A stretch of DNA of 64,000 nucleotides from Raillietiella orientalis (lineage: Eukaryota): assembly GCA_036172245.1 (NCBI GenBank), contig JAYWIR010000023.1, forward strand, positions 2,356,001 to 2,420,000, read 5' to 3'. Both the position numbers and the translations under genes were made by a program. Under the pieces are notes generated by a model. The model was not told the DNA's origin. It saw nothing but the letters and a program-made list of their open reading frames with translations, and did no database searches. Numbering within the stretch: position 1 is the first letter of the stretch; each line of letters starts with the position of its first letter. Positions 27,422 through 38,900 of this stretch are shown piece after piece.

Positions 27422-29568
27422 CTGGAAGCTGCATCACAAGAAGAAGTAATCAACAAATAATCGTCTACGCTTCTTGTGAGAAAGTGCTCTTCGTTGTGAA
27501 AAAATTCGCTAAGGTAAAGCTGCCCCATGTATCCGTAGTAAATATTGCACAAGAACCCTGAAAGAGGATTTCCTTGCAGCAGTCCTTGCGTTATCAAATA
27601 GTTTTTGTTGCACAGAGTGGCGATCTGTCGCTTAAGCAGTCGTTCCAACCTTTCCAGTCCATCCGAAAGATCAAAAAATCTAGATTTTGTGAAATAGATG
27701 ATACAACCTTGGGGATGGCTCTTGGAGAAGGCAACCAGATCTTCCATGTAACTGTCGGAATTCTCGATAAGAAAGGTTGCAGTTTTAATCTTTGATGAAT
27801 TCGACGTTACGAAGGCATGCTCTCGGATTTCTACACGCGTTGCTTGGAACTTTCCGAAGTAGCTGCTTAAGATTTCTAGCAGCTTATCATGGGCGACGGA
27901 TCCGTAGGCGTCAAACAAATCTATCTTCACGTAGTAGAGTTTTCTGGGCAGCGAGATTTTTCCCACGTAAGCTTTGTACTTGTAATACAATAGGTTCTTC
28001 GAATGCACGGAAACAAGCTCTGGAAACTGCTTTTCAATGCACTTGAGTACAGTAGTAAGGTCCGAGATGACCGCACTTCGTGAAGACTGTCTTTTCACCT
28101 TTGTGATCGGCCTGACGCCGTTCTTCTTGGGGATGAACCTGAGAGTGTTGATCACAGCACGCTCGGAACTTACCAACTGCTGTGCAGCGTTTCTCGAGAT
28201 AAATTTCATCTTTCCCTTGAATATTTCCATGTTGATGGCAAGATCGGTTATAGCTTGCCATACATTTTTTTTGTAGTAAAGCACTTCATGCCTCAGGTGA
28301 CTAGTTTCAGTTACATAAAAGAACGATTTTACTGTGTCTAGAAAATACTTCTTTAGAACCCAAACAATAAATTTCGAAATAAGGAATTTTCTAAGTCTGT
28401 CATCCTGTAATGGTGATATCCATTTGCAGTCATGAACCCTAAATTTACTTATAGTCTGTGACAGGTCGATGATATCGTTTTTTCCAGAATAAAGAATTTT
28501 CTTGAGAACTCGCATGAGAATCTTTCTGTTGTGATTAGATCCAAGGAGTTCATTTGGTAACACTCTCCTTCCTATTATACCACAAAACTTGACGATTTGG
28601 GCTTTGTTGGAGTAAAGCTTTGCTAATCCTTTGATTCTGAGATTCAAACTCAATGAGTCTGTTGTCACCAATTCTCCACTGTGATCTTTTGATTCACAAA
28701 ATAAATTGCTGTAATGACGAGGGCAGCAACTGTTCAATATGTGCTGATAAGGCAGATTTCTATGAGCACAAATAAATTTTTGCAAAATAGGTTGCAAATT
28801 TTCCATTACATTGGATGCCATTTCATACCCAGAAATGGGTTCAGTCTCAGTTTTAAAAAGGTCAGCTATTAATGAAGCTTTTGTTGTAATTTTTAATGGA
28901 TTCATTACATGGGAACTTGGCCAATGCCCAAAAATTCCTCTGCTATACAATATATATTTTAAATGAATAACAGGATCAGTATAATGACTATAGTATCTTA
29001 AATAATTTTGCCATTGCATGGTAGAGAAGTCATCATTGTTTAATGTATTTGTGTATGAAAAGATTGATTCATCTTCACAAATGCTTCCACTGGCAACATG
29101 GGGTTCATTTCTTATGATGGGGGAAACATTACATATTGATTTACTGTATTTCAAAAGTCTGGACTTTATTTGTATCAGAGATTTTCTTTGCAGCAGATTA
29201 CTGCTAATAAAGTTTTTATGGATGTAATCCTTTACAACAATAGCAACAAATGCATTTTCAGCAATTTTCAGATATAAAGCACAGAAATTATAAATGAACA
29301 TTGTTGCAACATCTCCAAATAATTTTACAAAACTAATGTTTACTTTCGACAGAACATCATATGATTTCAGCACTGAATCTCTCTCATTATTCTTACTTGC
29401 CAAATGAAGGTAACGCTTCAGTTGTACAATGAATTTGTTATAATTAAGCTCAGTACATACAAAAATATTGTTGATCATTTGTTCGTTTTCCACGGATATT
29501 GATAATGCTTCAAATAACTCCTTCATACTTACAATTGTGGCATAATTTCTTGCAAGCATTTCCATCAT
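27422..29568 (-). CDS. TERT: TERT coding exon 1: TEN-like domain, linker, TRBD (CP, QFP, T motifs) and RT motifs 1, 2, A, B', C
   Basis: 715-codon open frame with CP (PYQHILNSCCP), QFP (QIVKF...LPNELLGSNHN), T motif (FFYVTE...LYYKKNVW), motif 1/2 (LRFIPKKNGVRPI), A (KIDLFDAYGSV), B' (GLLQGNPLSGFLCNIYY) and C (RSVDDYLLIT); donor AG|gtagga at 27421. Confidence 0.96.
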
Positions 29569-31085
29569 CCAAAATAATGATTCAAAGGGACAACTTTTTA
29601 TTCGGGACTACACACAAATGTCAAATCGGTACTTAAAACTATGAACTTTTTGCTGAAAACGAAACAGTCAGCTTACGTGAACGTTTGTTTTCTTGCACAA
29701 AATCAAGTCCTTTGAAAGAATTCATCCCTTCTCTTCCGAATATTCTTCGGTGCACCTGCCACGTATTTCTCACGAGCATAGCAATAGCACTTTCACGATA
29801 CAATTTTGCATTTAAATTTCCCGCTCCACCTTGCTGGCGAATAATCTTGAAGAAACACATCATCCCACGGTTTCGGAACTTATTTGAGATCGTTACTTTA
29901 AAACGAAAGGAGAAAGAAACATACAAATCTATAAAGGCTGAAAATCCACATTCGTTTGTAAATGGCAATGATTCACATTAACAAGTGTAAGCTAAAATTC
30001 CCCGATGAAGTCGTAGTTTACATCACAAGAGTCGATATTCTTAACGTCAACAAGTTTATTTATTTGTAAGTACCATTATCCTGGAGAATTACTTCCTCAA
30101 TGATCTTCCAAAAATTCTTTTGGAAATGTGCAAAACGAGACGTAGTGGCACCATAAAAAATGGAAAAGCAAGAAAGAGGCGCCGAGATAGTCTAAAAAAT
30201 AAACAATTGAAAGAATACCAAGCGTTCGCGACTAGTTTTTAATACAACAAATCTACGTAAGACCAAACGGAACTCTTTGGAAATTTGGATTCTGTTTCCC
30301 AAAAGGTGCTGTGCACTAAGAAACGGAGCAGATGATTCTAAGTATGTCATGTATCGATGTATACTTTGCTTCATAGCATATTCTTTTCCATTTCATTCTA
30401 GTGAGAAGATTAAATATTTTATACACCACATCCCCGAAGAAGGCCTTGACCTTCGAAGCCTCGAGAGTTTATTATGCTCATCCCAATCTTCATATAAGGA
30501 TTAAGAAATCATAAAAAAAACAGAGGCCCAAAGTTTAATTGTTTTTTTTCTTTTTAATGTGGACATAGATGCTTAGTATTAGGGACATGGGCAATACAGG
30601 TGTCCAACGTCTATATTGCACATGTCTCTAATACTACATGTACATACGTATACGCATACTTGTATATTTGTAGCACATACCAAATACTAAGATGGAATAA
30701 ATGAAAATGAAGATTATTTAATAATTCATTTCCATCATCTCGTAATACCTTGCTGGAAATTTGCTAATGAGATCATACTCAACGGAGTGTGTCTTTAAAT
30801 TAAGTTTCAGTGCCACTGTTTATGATCTTGCCATATCAACTTTTATAGTGGATCATAAAAAATAGTGATTATTTTATCATTACATTCTTACCGATTTTTA
30901 ATTGCATTTTCTTTGCATTTTTTTTTTCTTTCAAATGGAAAGATTCACGGCCCCGTTTAGAAAACTTGGAAAATCTCTGCCATTTACATAGATCATCATG
31001 ACTGACACGCATGAAGAATCACGAAGAAAAATCAGCCATTTTATGAGCTACTTATCTCGCTAGAATAATAAAATAATCTTAGTAT

Positions 31086-31920
31086 TTGTGTATTCGTGTG
31101 GAGTGTCGCCAGTGTCCAATGGCAACGATGCCTGAGAACACCGCGATGGAGATATTTATGGGAGAGGCAAGTTCCTCCCCCCAACCTACGGAGATGAAGG
31201 CAACCGCCCCCACGGAATCATCCCCGCCGACGGTGAGGACGTGGAGAGCCGTGACTGCAGCGCCATCAGCTGCAGCCATCCCCGAGCAGACAGCGTATAA
31301 GGCCACTAGCTATAAGTCATCCTTGATCTACAAGGTAAGTGGCCTTTTCGCTGGCAATACTGCACGTTCCTTTTCGAGAGAACTGCAGAGAATTAACGTC
31401 AGGGAGGAAGAGCTTGAAGGTTCCTCCATCCTTAGTGGAGGTCAGCGCGTAGAGATGACTTGCAAAGGTGCAAGTCTGGCCCAGCGCTTGCTGAATACCC
31501 GTATTACGGTGGAGGGCTGCAAGATCTTCCCTGTGACGGAGGACCGCTCCATAGTGGTCCACCTCACAGGAGTAACACTCCGCCTGCAAAAAACCGCAGT
31601 GCATGCCGAGTTGAACGAAAATTGTACTGCCACGCGCTATGGGCCAAACCCAGCGTTTTCGAGGGCTCTGGTAAGCTCTTCAGTTGGATGGCCGCAGCGC
31701 GCGTCACGGCACACGAAACGGTGGGCTTCTCCACAAACTGAGCATCGGTAACAAGATGTCGATGACCTGGGCAAGCCCAAGTACTGTGGTCGCCGTGATG
31801 CCACGGGGCACCTGAAAAAGCGGTGCCCCGATATCCAGTGCCACTTGTGTGCCGAGGAGGGCCACTTAAGAAGAACGTGCACCAAACGTGAAACCCCGGT
31901 TCCCCCTGAAGCGATAAATG
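31086..31920 (+). mobile_element. Decayed non-LTR retrotransposon ORF1/gag-like fragment with CCHC zinc knuckles
   Basis: GC-rich island in AT-rich DNA. A 221-aa ORF is followed by CGRRDATGHLKKRC (degenerate knuckle) and CHLCAEEGHLRRTC (intact CX2CX4HX4C) at 31785-31880. No ORF2 follows. Confidence 0.7.
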
Positions 31921-33199
31921 CAGCAAAACTGGTGACTGAATTTCACATCATTTGTGTACTTTTCAGAATATGAATTCAAAATGTTTTAACTTAACTTTAA
32001 GCGACCAAGATTAAAATATAACTTTTTAAAATACAAAATATAATAATAATGATTTTCAATTTAAATCTTTTTCTGTTCCGTTGACAAGAAAAAATTAATT
32101 AGCAACTACTTATTTGCGGCATATTATTGATGGTGGTATGCAAAAAATGCAGTGAGGAACAGGAATGAATTTTCCTGATTAGATGAACTGCAAGTTTACC
32201 ACTCTTTTGCTTGAACTACTTGAACGCAGTTATCAGTTTGATGAACGGCACTCTGTGCTTGAGTTTTTCAATGGAGCACTCGAATCAGTTGATCATTTTG
32301 CAGCGAGTATTGGCACAATAATTTACTTAGAATAATGGCATTTCTTACAAGAACTTCGAAATTAAGCCATATAATGCTCAATCAAGGAAAACGATGTTTT
32401 TTGCCTGCCCGAATAGTTCTCTCCAGAGACATAAATTTAAGAGTGAATACTCTTTTATGATATCTGGACGTAAGGGCTCTTTTACTTGAGTACCCTTGCA
32501 GATACTGTATAGACTTTTTAAGAATAATTCATATAGAGAAAAGGTAGCAAATTAAGATAATAGCCGATAAAGAAATCATTGCAAATTAAAGATGAAAGAG
32601 ATGACATCAGAAATCTTAGATTCTCTCGCATATGTATATGCAATTAGAGAAGGCATTATGAAAAAAAATAACTAATGAAAAGAGTATGATTTTGATGTCT
32701 TTTACGAAATAGCAATATCATTAAAATCAGTAATAACAATTGTATCATTTTTTTTTTTTTCTAGAGTGAGCATCTTCTAGTCGAAAGTCTGTTCAGAACA
32801 AAACAAGAAACAACTTTTCGAAGTCAGATTGCTGGCAGCTTTGCCGGAATGGAGAGGAAACTGCAATCGAATATGCTACTGAGCCGTAGATCTAGGACGA
32901 ATAGGTCCCGAGTTTGATGTCCCAAGAATTCATGATCATTGAGGAAGCTGTGCCGAGTCTGTTGTGTGTTTTGGCAAATTTTTTTGTATTTTCTCTGTTT
33001 CGGTATTGCCCATTTTTTCGACTTATCAGGAAACGTTTTCAGTGTCCAGATCTTTTCCCTTTCCATTGAAACTGAATGGTAAATTTCGTATTTTACGTGG
33101 CCAAGACGGACTTATTCGTGGGAATACTTTTTTCAGTGAATCGTGAGAGAAAATTTCCATTCTCTCTGATCAAATGTTTTTCATCCTCGGGCTTGACAG

Positions 33200-33800
33200 A
33201 ACTTCACATCCACCTTCACATCCAGCCTCTGAACGCTAACACAAAAAATTCCAGATTATACTTGACCCTTCACACCTGACCAAACATCAGTGTCTGGTTA
33301 TCTGAAAATCACTTTTGTGAATTCTCCGTTTGTCTTCGCCTATAGCGCTTTCTCTGAATCAATGCTCATTCCAATGATATCTTCCAAGACTCTTTCTCAG
33401 ATTCATTTTGAAAGTCTTTCCAGTCCATCCCTGCTTCTATTCATGAGTCTTGTTTGCCATAGGAAATACTTAAACGAGAGGCTTCTAGCTAAGTGTCTGT
33501 TTACGATACTTGCAAAGTCTAAGATGAAACCGGAATCTTTCTTCATTCCATTTTGCCTTCTTCACAGTGATCTTAACCTTCTATTTACGTTAGGTTCCAT
33601 CTGATTCCTGTGGTTCCGATTAAACTTCCTTTGGATTAAACTTCCTCCGGAACTTTGCTCATTAATCAGAGTGCCTCGTATGCAGTGGAGATTGCAACTT
33701 GTACTTTTCGTAGTTTTATTCGAGACAAGGTCTCCACGTTTCATGCAGCAGTGAAACATCGATGTATTCACCCTGACCTCTTGAAAATTTGACTTTAATG
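33200..33800 (-). mobile_element. Possible decayed LINE endonuclease/linker fragment
   Basis: Minus-strand YIDVSLLHETW (APE D...LQETW-like) and MDWKDFQNESEKESW, interrupted by stops. Boundaries approximate. Confidence 0.3.
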
Positions 33801-35715
33801 GATTTTAAATTGAGTTCCTTGCTTTTAGCTATTGGCGTACGGTGGAATCTTGTGGTTAGAGTAAGAGAAACACCATGGTGTCTTGGAAATGTCCTTTGAT
33901 ATATGTCGCAGTGTAATGAACAATTTTGATCCCTGAGTTCGTCTTTTGATTATCAAGTTCCCGGCTGACTCGAATCTTTCATTCCTCATGATTTAAATCC
34001 GGTCTTTTGAATTCGAAAATGCATGAAATTTTTGATGAAAAGTTCAATGTACCTTTTACGTTCCTTACCAAAAGTTAAGATAAAATTGCTTGAAATATTT
34101 CCTTCTCACACTGCTTGATGAATATTCTTCGCACATCATAAGCTCTGGAAAGAAGTTCTTGTACATCGATTTTGCAGGCAGCATCTTTCCAGGGCTTTTA
34201 CTCGGAAGGAGGTAACAGACTCCTGTAGTATTGCCTGGAGTTCCTTATGGACCACTGCCGAGCGTAAGGCTCAAGGTCATCATCCTATGACATGAAGATC
34301 ATCACAAGAGGAGCATGAAGGTTGCTGCAACGGGAGCCATCTAACGAAGCCCTTGAAATTTTACGGACCGTAGCAAACTCGAGACCGTGTGGCATGAATG
34401 TGTACAATGCCTTAGACCTATGATAGGAGACCAATTCAAGAAATGAAATGCAAAGTTTTACCTTCGAACAGTCGTATTGTAGAAGTGGCGTGCTTACACT
34501 TTTGAGCTTTTATTTTTCGAGGCAACGGAGAACCCTGAAGAATGAGCACATATAAGAATGCTCTCATATCCATAAAGAGTTTCGTTCTAAACAGTATAGG
34601 ATTCGCTGGGTATGATTATTGAAATTGTAGGGAACAGCACTACACACTTGTCAGGCAATCCTTGTTTTTTCAACAGAAACTGCTTCAGGTTCTTCTGTTC
34701 CAGAGTGCTTATGAACCACCAACTATGTGCAAGCAAATGTAGATTTGTTCTGGGTAAGTAAAATCGCAATCATAGAGTTCCGTTCGTGTGAGTGTCCCAC
34801 AACATGATTCTCTTTTTCAACGAGGGTCAAGCTGCTTTCATCTGATGAAACCAAACTCAGATGAGCTCAGTGTAGTTACATAAAAGATGCTTGAATAAGA
34901 TCAGCACAGAGTCGCCTCGAGAGAAATGACAGAAGGGAGGGATCGTGTTGTGCTAAGATTTCCGTAAAGGCACTCCGTTCGCCTGACCTGGAAAAAGTGC
35001 AGAAAGGTAGGAGTAAAAAGAAACGCAACAAGTCGACAGCATGGCCAGATTCCTTCTAACAAGATGAGCTTCCCTGTCAGAGGTGGCCGTGGGGCACCGG
35101 CCATCGATGGAAGCTCAGAAAGTGGCCGCTTCCTCCGAACTGGGCTTACAAAGGAAGACAAACGAAAACACGACGACAGGAGTTCCATACTGGGAAGTGA
35201 TGGAAATCCGTTTTTGCACTTCCCGCGATCAATAGGAGCCGTCTGTTTCTTGCGAAAGATCCTGAATCGCCGTAGGTTTATGAGGTAGGTTCTGTGGATC
35301 TTATGGCGCATGCTTCCTGGCGTATCCCAACTTATCGAACTGCATGCACCCATTTCCCCCCTCTCCCCGTCTTTTTTTTGTTTTTACAAGTAATTCTCCG
35401 TAAAACGAAACAGCTGATAGAAAATAGGCACAATCCTGGGAAGAATTCCTTGTTGTACATGATGCAGATACAGACTCCAGCTACTTATACTCCGCTGCCA
35501 TGACGATCGATCCGCACAGGGGTTACTCCATCCCTATGCTGTTTTGCGCTAGATGGCAGAACAGACGTTATAAAACTGCACGGCAATCTCTCCGTACCAA
35601 TTTGAGCCCTTATTGCAGATTTCACGATCGAAGATACAGACATTTTCGTGTTTCGGGAAGCAGACCTAGCTTTGTATTTTGTTGTACACAATTTCCCAGT
35701 GTATTCTGCTGTTGA

Positions 35716-35901
35716 ATGCCGACGATCTTTTTATTAGTGCTTTTTCAACTAATAGGAAAGAAAGTTTTGACGAATCCAGACGTTAAAAGACTGTACGATG
35801 ACCTACTCAGCACCCACAACCGCTTGATACGGCCTGTCGAAAACTATTCTGAGACTTTGACTGTAAAAATCGGCCTCAAGCTCTCTCAGCTTCTAGAATT
35901 G
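35716..35901 (+). CDS. nAChRalpha2: nAChR gene 2 (alpha2-like), first coding exon: signal peptide plus [22 protein letters not shown]...[10 protein letters not shown]
   Basis: ATG, hydrophobic leader, [19 protein letters not shown] motif; donor TTG|gtaaga, phase 0. Confidence 0.9.
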
Positions 35902-38900
35902 GTAAGAGCATCTTACTGTGAACATTGCATTGGAAAAATCTTCGGTTTCTTGGGGAAAAAAGGGGTAAAAAAAAAAAAAAAAAAAATATGGAAAGGGGGA
36001 GACCAATCCATTCTATTGCTCAGTTTTCATTTTTATGAATCATTTGTTGAAGAGTATAGATCCGGTTTCCTTTTATTAATAAAGAGGAAAACAAAAGGCA
36101 GCTCAGATAGTCATGTTAAGCAACAGTGAAATACATTTCAAATGTTTGCTTTAAAGAGCTGGAATTCGCAGGTGCCCTCACTAGTGATTTCTTATCACAC
36201 GAGCGTTGCATTGGCCAGGCTGGTCGTCGGCGCGTCTCCAGCCGCTATTCGGTCGACGGCTCGCATCCGGAAGCTCGAGCAAACGTCACGGGTTCGTGGG
36301 CTGGGCTGGCAGCTCGTCTGGACATTCCTCACCCGTTGACGTCGACTCCACGGTCGCTCCCACCTGAAAACGCTCTCTTTTCCCTTGAACGTGGCCTCAT
36401 CGGGTTCATCTATGAAATCTGGTCCCATTCCTCTTCTTGGCGCGCTCCGCATGCCTGGTCCCGTTATGCTATAAGTTCGTTCTTTCGCCTCAGAAAGAGG
36501 GTGCCAGTCGAGAGCACGGGCTAGTGGACGCCTCATCCTAGACGACAAGCGAATGCATGCATCCTTTACCTCTCTTACCATCCTTACCTTTACCATCTTT
36601 GCCAATGGCTTGCTGTTTGTTGACATTTAGAGTCCACTTCTATTCTGCATGCATTGTCAACAACAGAAACTTCCATAAGCAACGCTTGGTGAACCTTTAG
36701 GCATGGCCCTACCTAGTCCGCCCGTAGGTCTTGGCCATCAACTCAATACCACAAATCAGTTTTTCTTTAACCCTTGATTGGCAAGCGAAAGTGGAAATCC
36801 CTTTTTATTTATCGATGAGCTCTTAAAACAATCGCTCAAGAGCTCCAAGATTCCAAAGAGCGGTATCCATTTCCTGTCTTGCAGGAGATGCACCCAGCTT
36901 TAGAATGTAGCTCGACTGCCACCGTGCACAATGCTTTCAGTTTGATATTTCGCTACCTCAGAGGGATGAAGTTTCTGACCTTGGAGGGAAATTCTAAGCA
37001 GCCTCTCTATAAGAACAATGCTCAGATCTACTACTCTCCAAGAGTTTTAACTGGGTCAGTGGCAACATTGCGCTGTGTTACAAAGGTCTCTAAGATCATT
37101 TCGAGCATCATCTGAGTATCGGGGAAATTCAACTCAAGGGTCACTATAGGCAGGTTTATGAGAATAGGATTTGTGTTTAGAGCGTAGCCAAGTGATAGAA
37201 CAGATGAAGACCATTACTCTCAATTGCATTGCAAAAGCTTAAAATAAATTGCTTGGTAGCTGAATAGGACCAGCACAGGGAAATTTTTTACTCAAAAATG
37301 AGCACTGATGTTTGAAATCTGAAGCAGGTGGTATTCTGTTCGCTGATCAACCGTAGAGGTTTTGCACCCTCATGCTTTCTCTTTCCTTCACCTGTCTGGT
37401 GCTAAAATTGTTTGTGGATTTCTTGAGGCACAAAAATAAGAAACGCAAGAAGTGGTTACTTCATTCAGAGAGACTTTGCACCAGCTTGGGACTAAAGGAA
37501 AACATCATGCACTGTGGAATGGAAATGCCCAAGAGAAGAATTCGAGTTCACTTGGAGATCAGCCATGCACAAACACAGTTTTATTCTTCCCTTATTAAAA
37601 AAAAAAAAAAAAAAAAAAAAAGTGCTCTTTTCGTGATAAAACATTTTCATCTTTTATTTTTCACTAGAATTCACTCTACAATGAAACGCACGTTATTTAG
37701 TAAGAATCTTCAGCATGGAAATAATCAACTAAGAGTGCGCAATGAAAAGAGACTGCTTATTCTGATGCACACAGTTCCCAAGATAAAGGAGGAAAGCAGG
37801 GCAAAGTAAAAAGAAAATGAAAATTAATTATAAATCCATTCTAAAAAATGCGAATTCTACCGTGCATCGATTCAGTGAACAGGGTATAGAGCTGAAGTGA
37901 TCTTTGGACTAATGGATACATGGTTTGCAATATTGCTGAAGTTTCTGCTACACAAAAAAAGGTCTTGAAAGCATTTCTTTCTAGCAATAGAGCAGAACTG
38001 TTGTTATTTTTCCTTTCTTCCACGTTTTTATGTAATCGCTTAGTGTCTCTCCGCTGACATGTAGACGGTTCAGTGTCTTTTGTTTCTTCTCTGCTGAAGG
38101 AAAAAATAGCAGGGCAGATGTGTCTCATATGGCCAAGTATCGCCGAGCTGTCGGGTAACACTTGTGATTTGATTTGTTGCTGTTTCTTTTATCCATGATC
38201 TGCCATTTCGTCTCCCAGCACGAGATTCAGTTAGTTTAGCAATATGAAACACAGTTTAGCAACCCGTGACGGCAGTTTCTCTTTGAACCGCGACTTCTTA
38301 TCAGGTGGGGATTTTTTTGCGACAGCGCATATCTGTGATCAGAGTCCCAAGTTTTCATCTTGCGAAGGGAAAAGCCATTCGCGGTTTCTTCTTGGGTGAA
38401 CTTATAATTCAAGCTGCCGATACTACAGACGCAACATTAAATAAGGGTGGAGGAATTTTCTTTCGGTTTCCCCTTCGAACGACATGTTACAGTCGTAAGC
38501 AAAAGCGGGAAGAATGCTGGACGCAGCTGAGTGTGCAGTGCCTCTCTGACTCATGCTGTACACGCTCCACGAAGAGAGCTTATTCCTCGCAGATCATATG
38601 AGCTGTTTGTACACGGCAACAAGAAGCAATGGTTAAGAGGAAGCTACTCAGAATAAAATGAGATTGCGTTTGGATGAAAACTTTTTTCCAGCCGAGTGTA
38701 CTCCTCGTCCCTCTTTTTACACCAGGAACCATTTGCAATGGATTTTTCTAGAAAGACAGCTTTCCGATTATGAGATTAGTCCACAGAGCTCGAGGTTGAG
38801 AACAGTTGCCTTCTTTCTTCAGCTTCAGTAACTCCTATCGAACTTTTAGTGAGTTTCGCCCCTTTAAATCAGGCTTCCTTTCAAGAGAGGAGAGTGGTCT

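Noticed and set aside
27418..29568. 716-aa RT ORF read as a retroelement (Penelope or LINE) or a truncated TERT
   Set aside because: It has telomerase-specific CP, QFP and T motifs and no endonuclease; the apparent stop lies in the intron after the splice donor.
30192..30374. Upstream - strand ORFs (this one and 29639-29968) as extra TERT coding exons
   Set aside because: The TEN-like start already lies within the large exon. ORF 29639-29968 has no phase-compatible acceptor, and 30192-30374 has only a weak donor and no convincing motif. Not fully excluded without cDNA.
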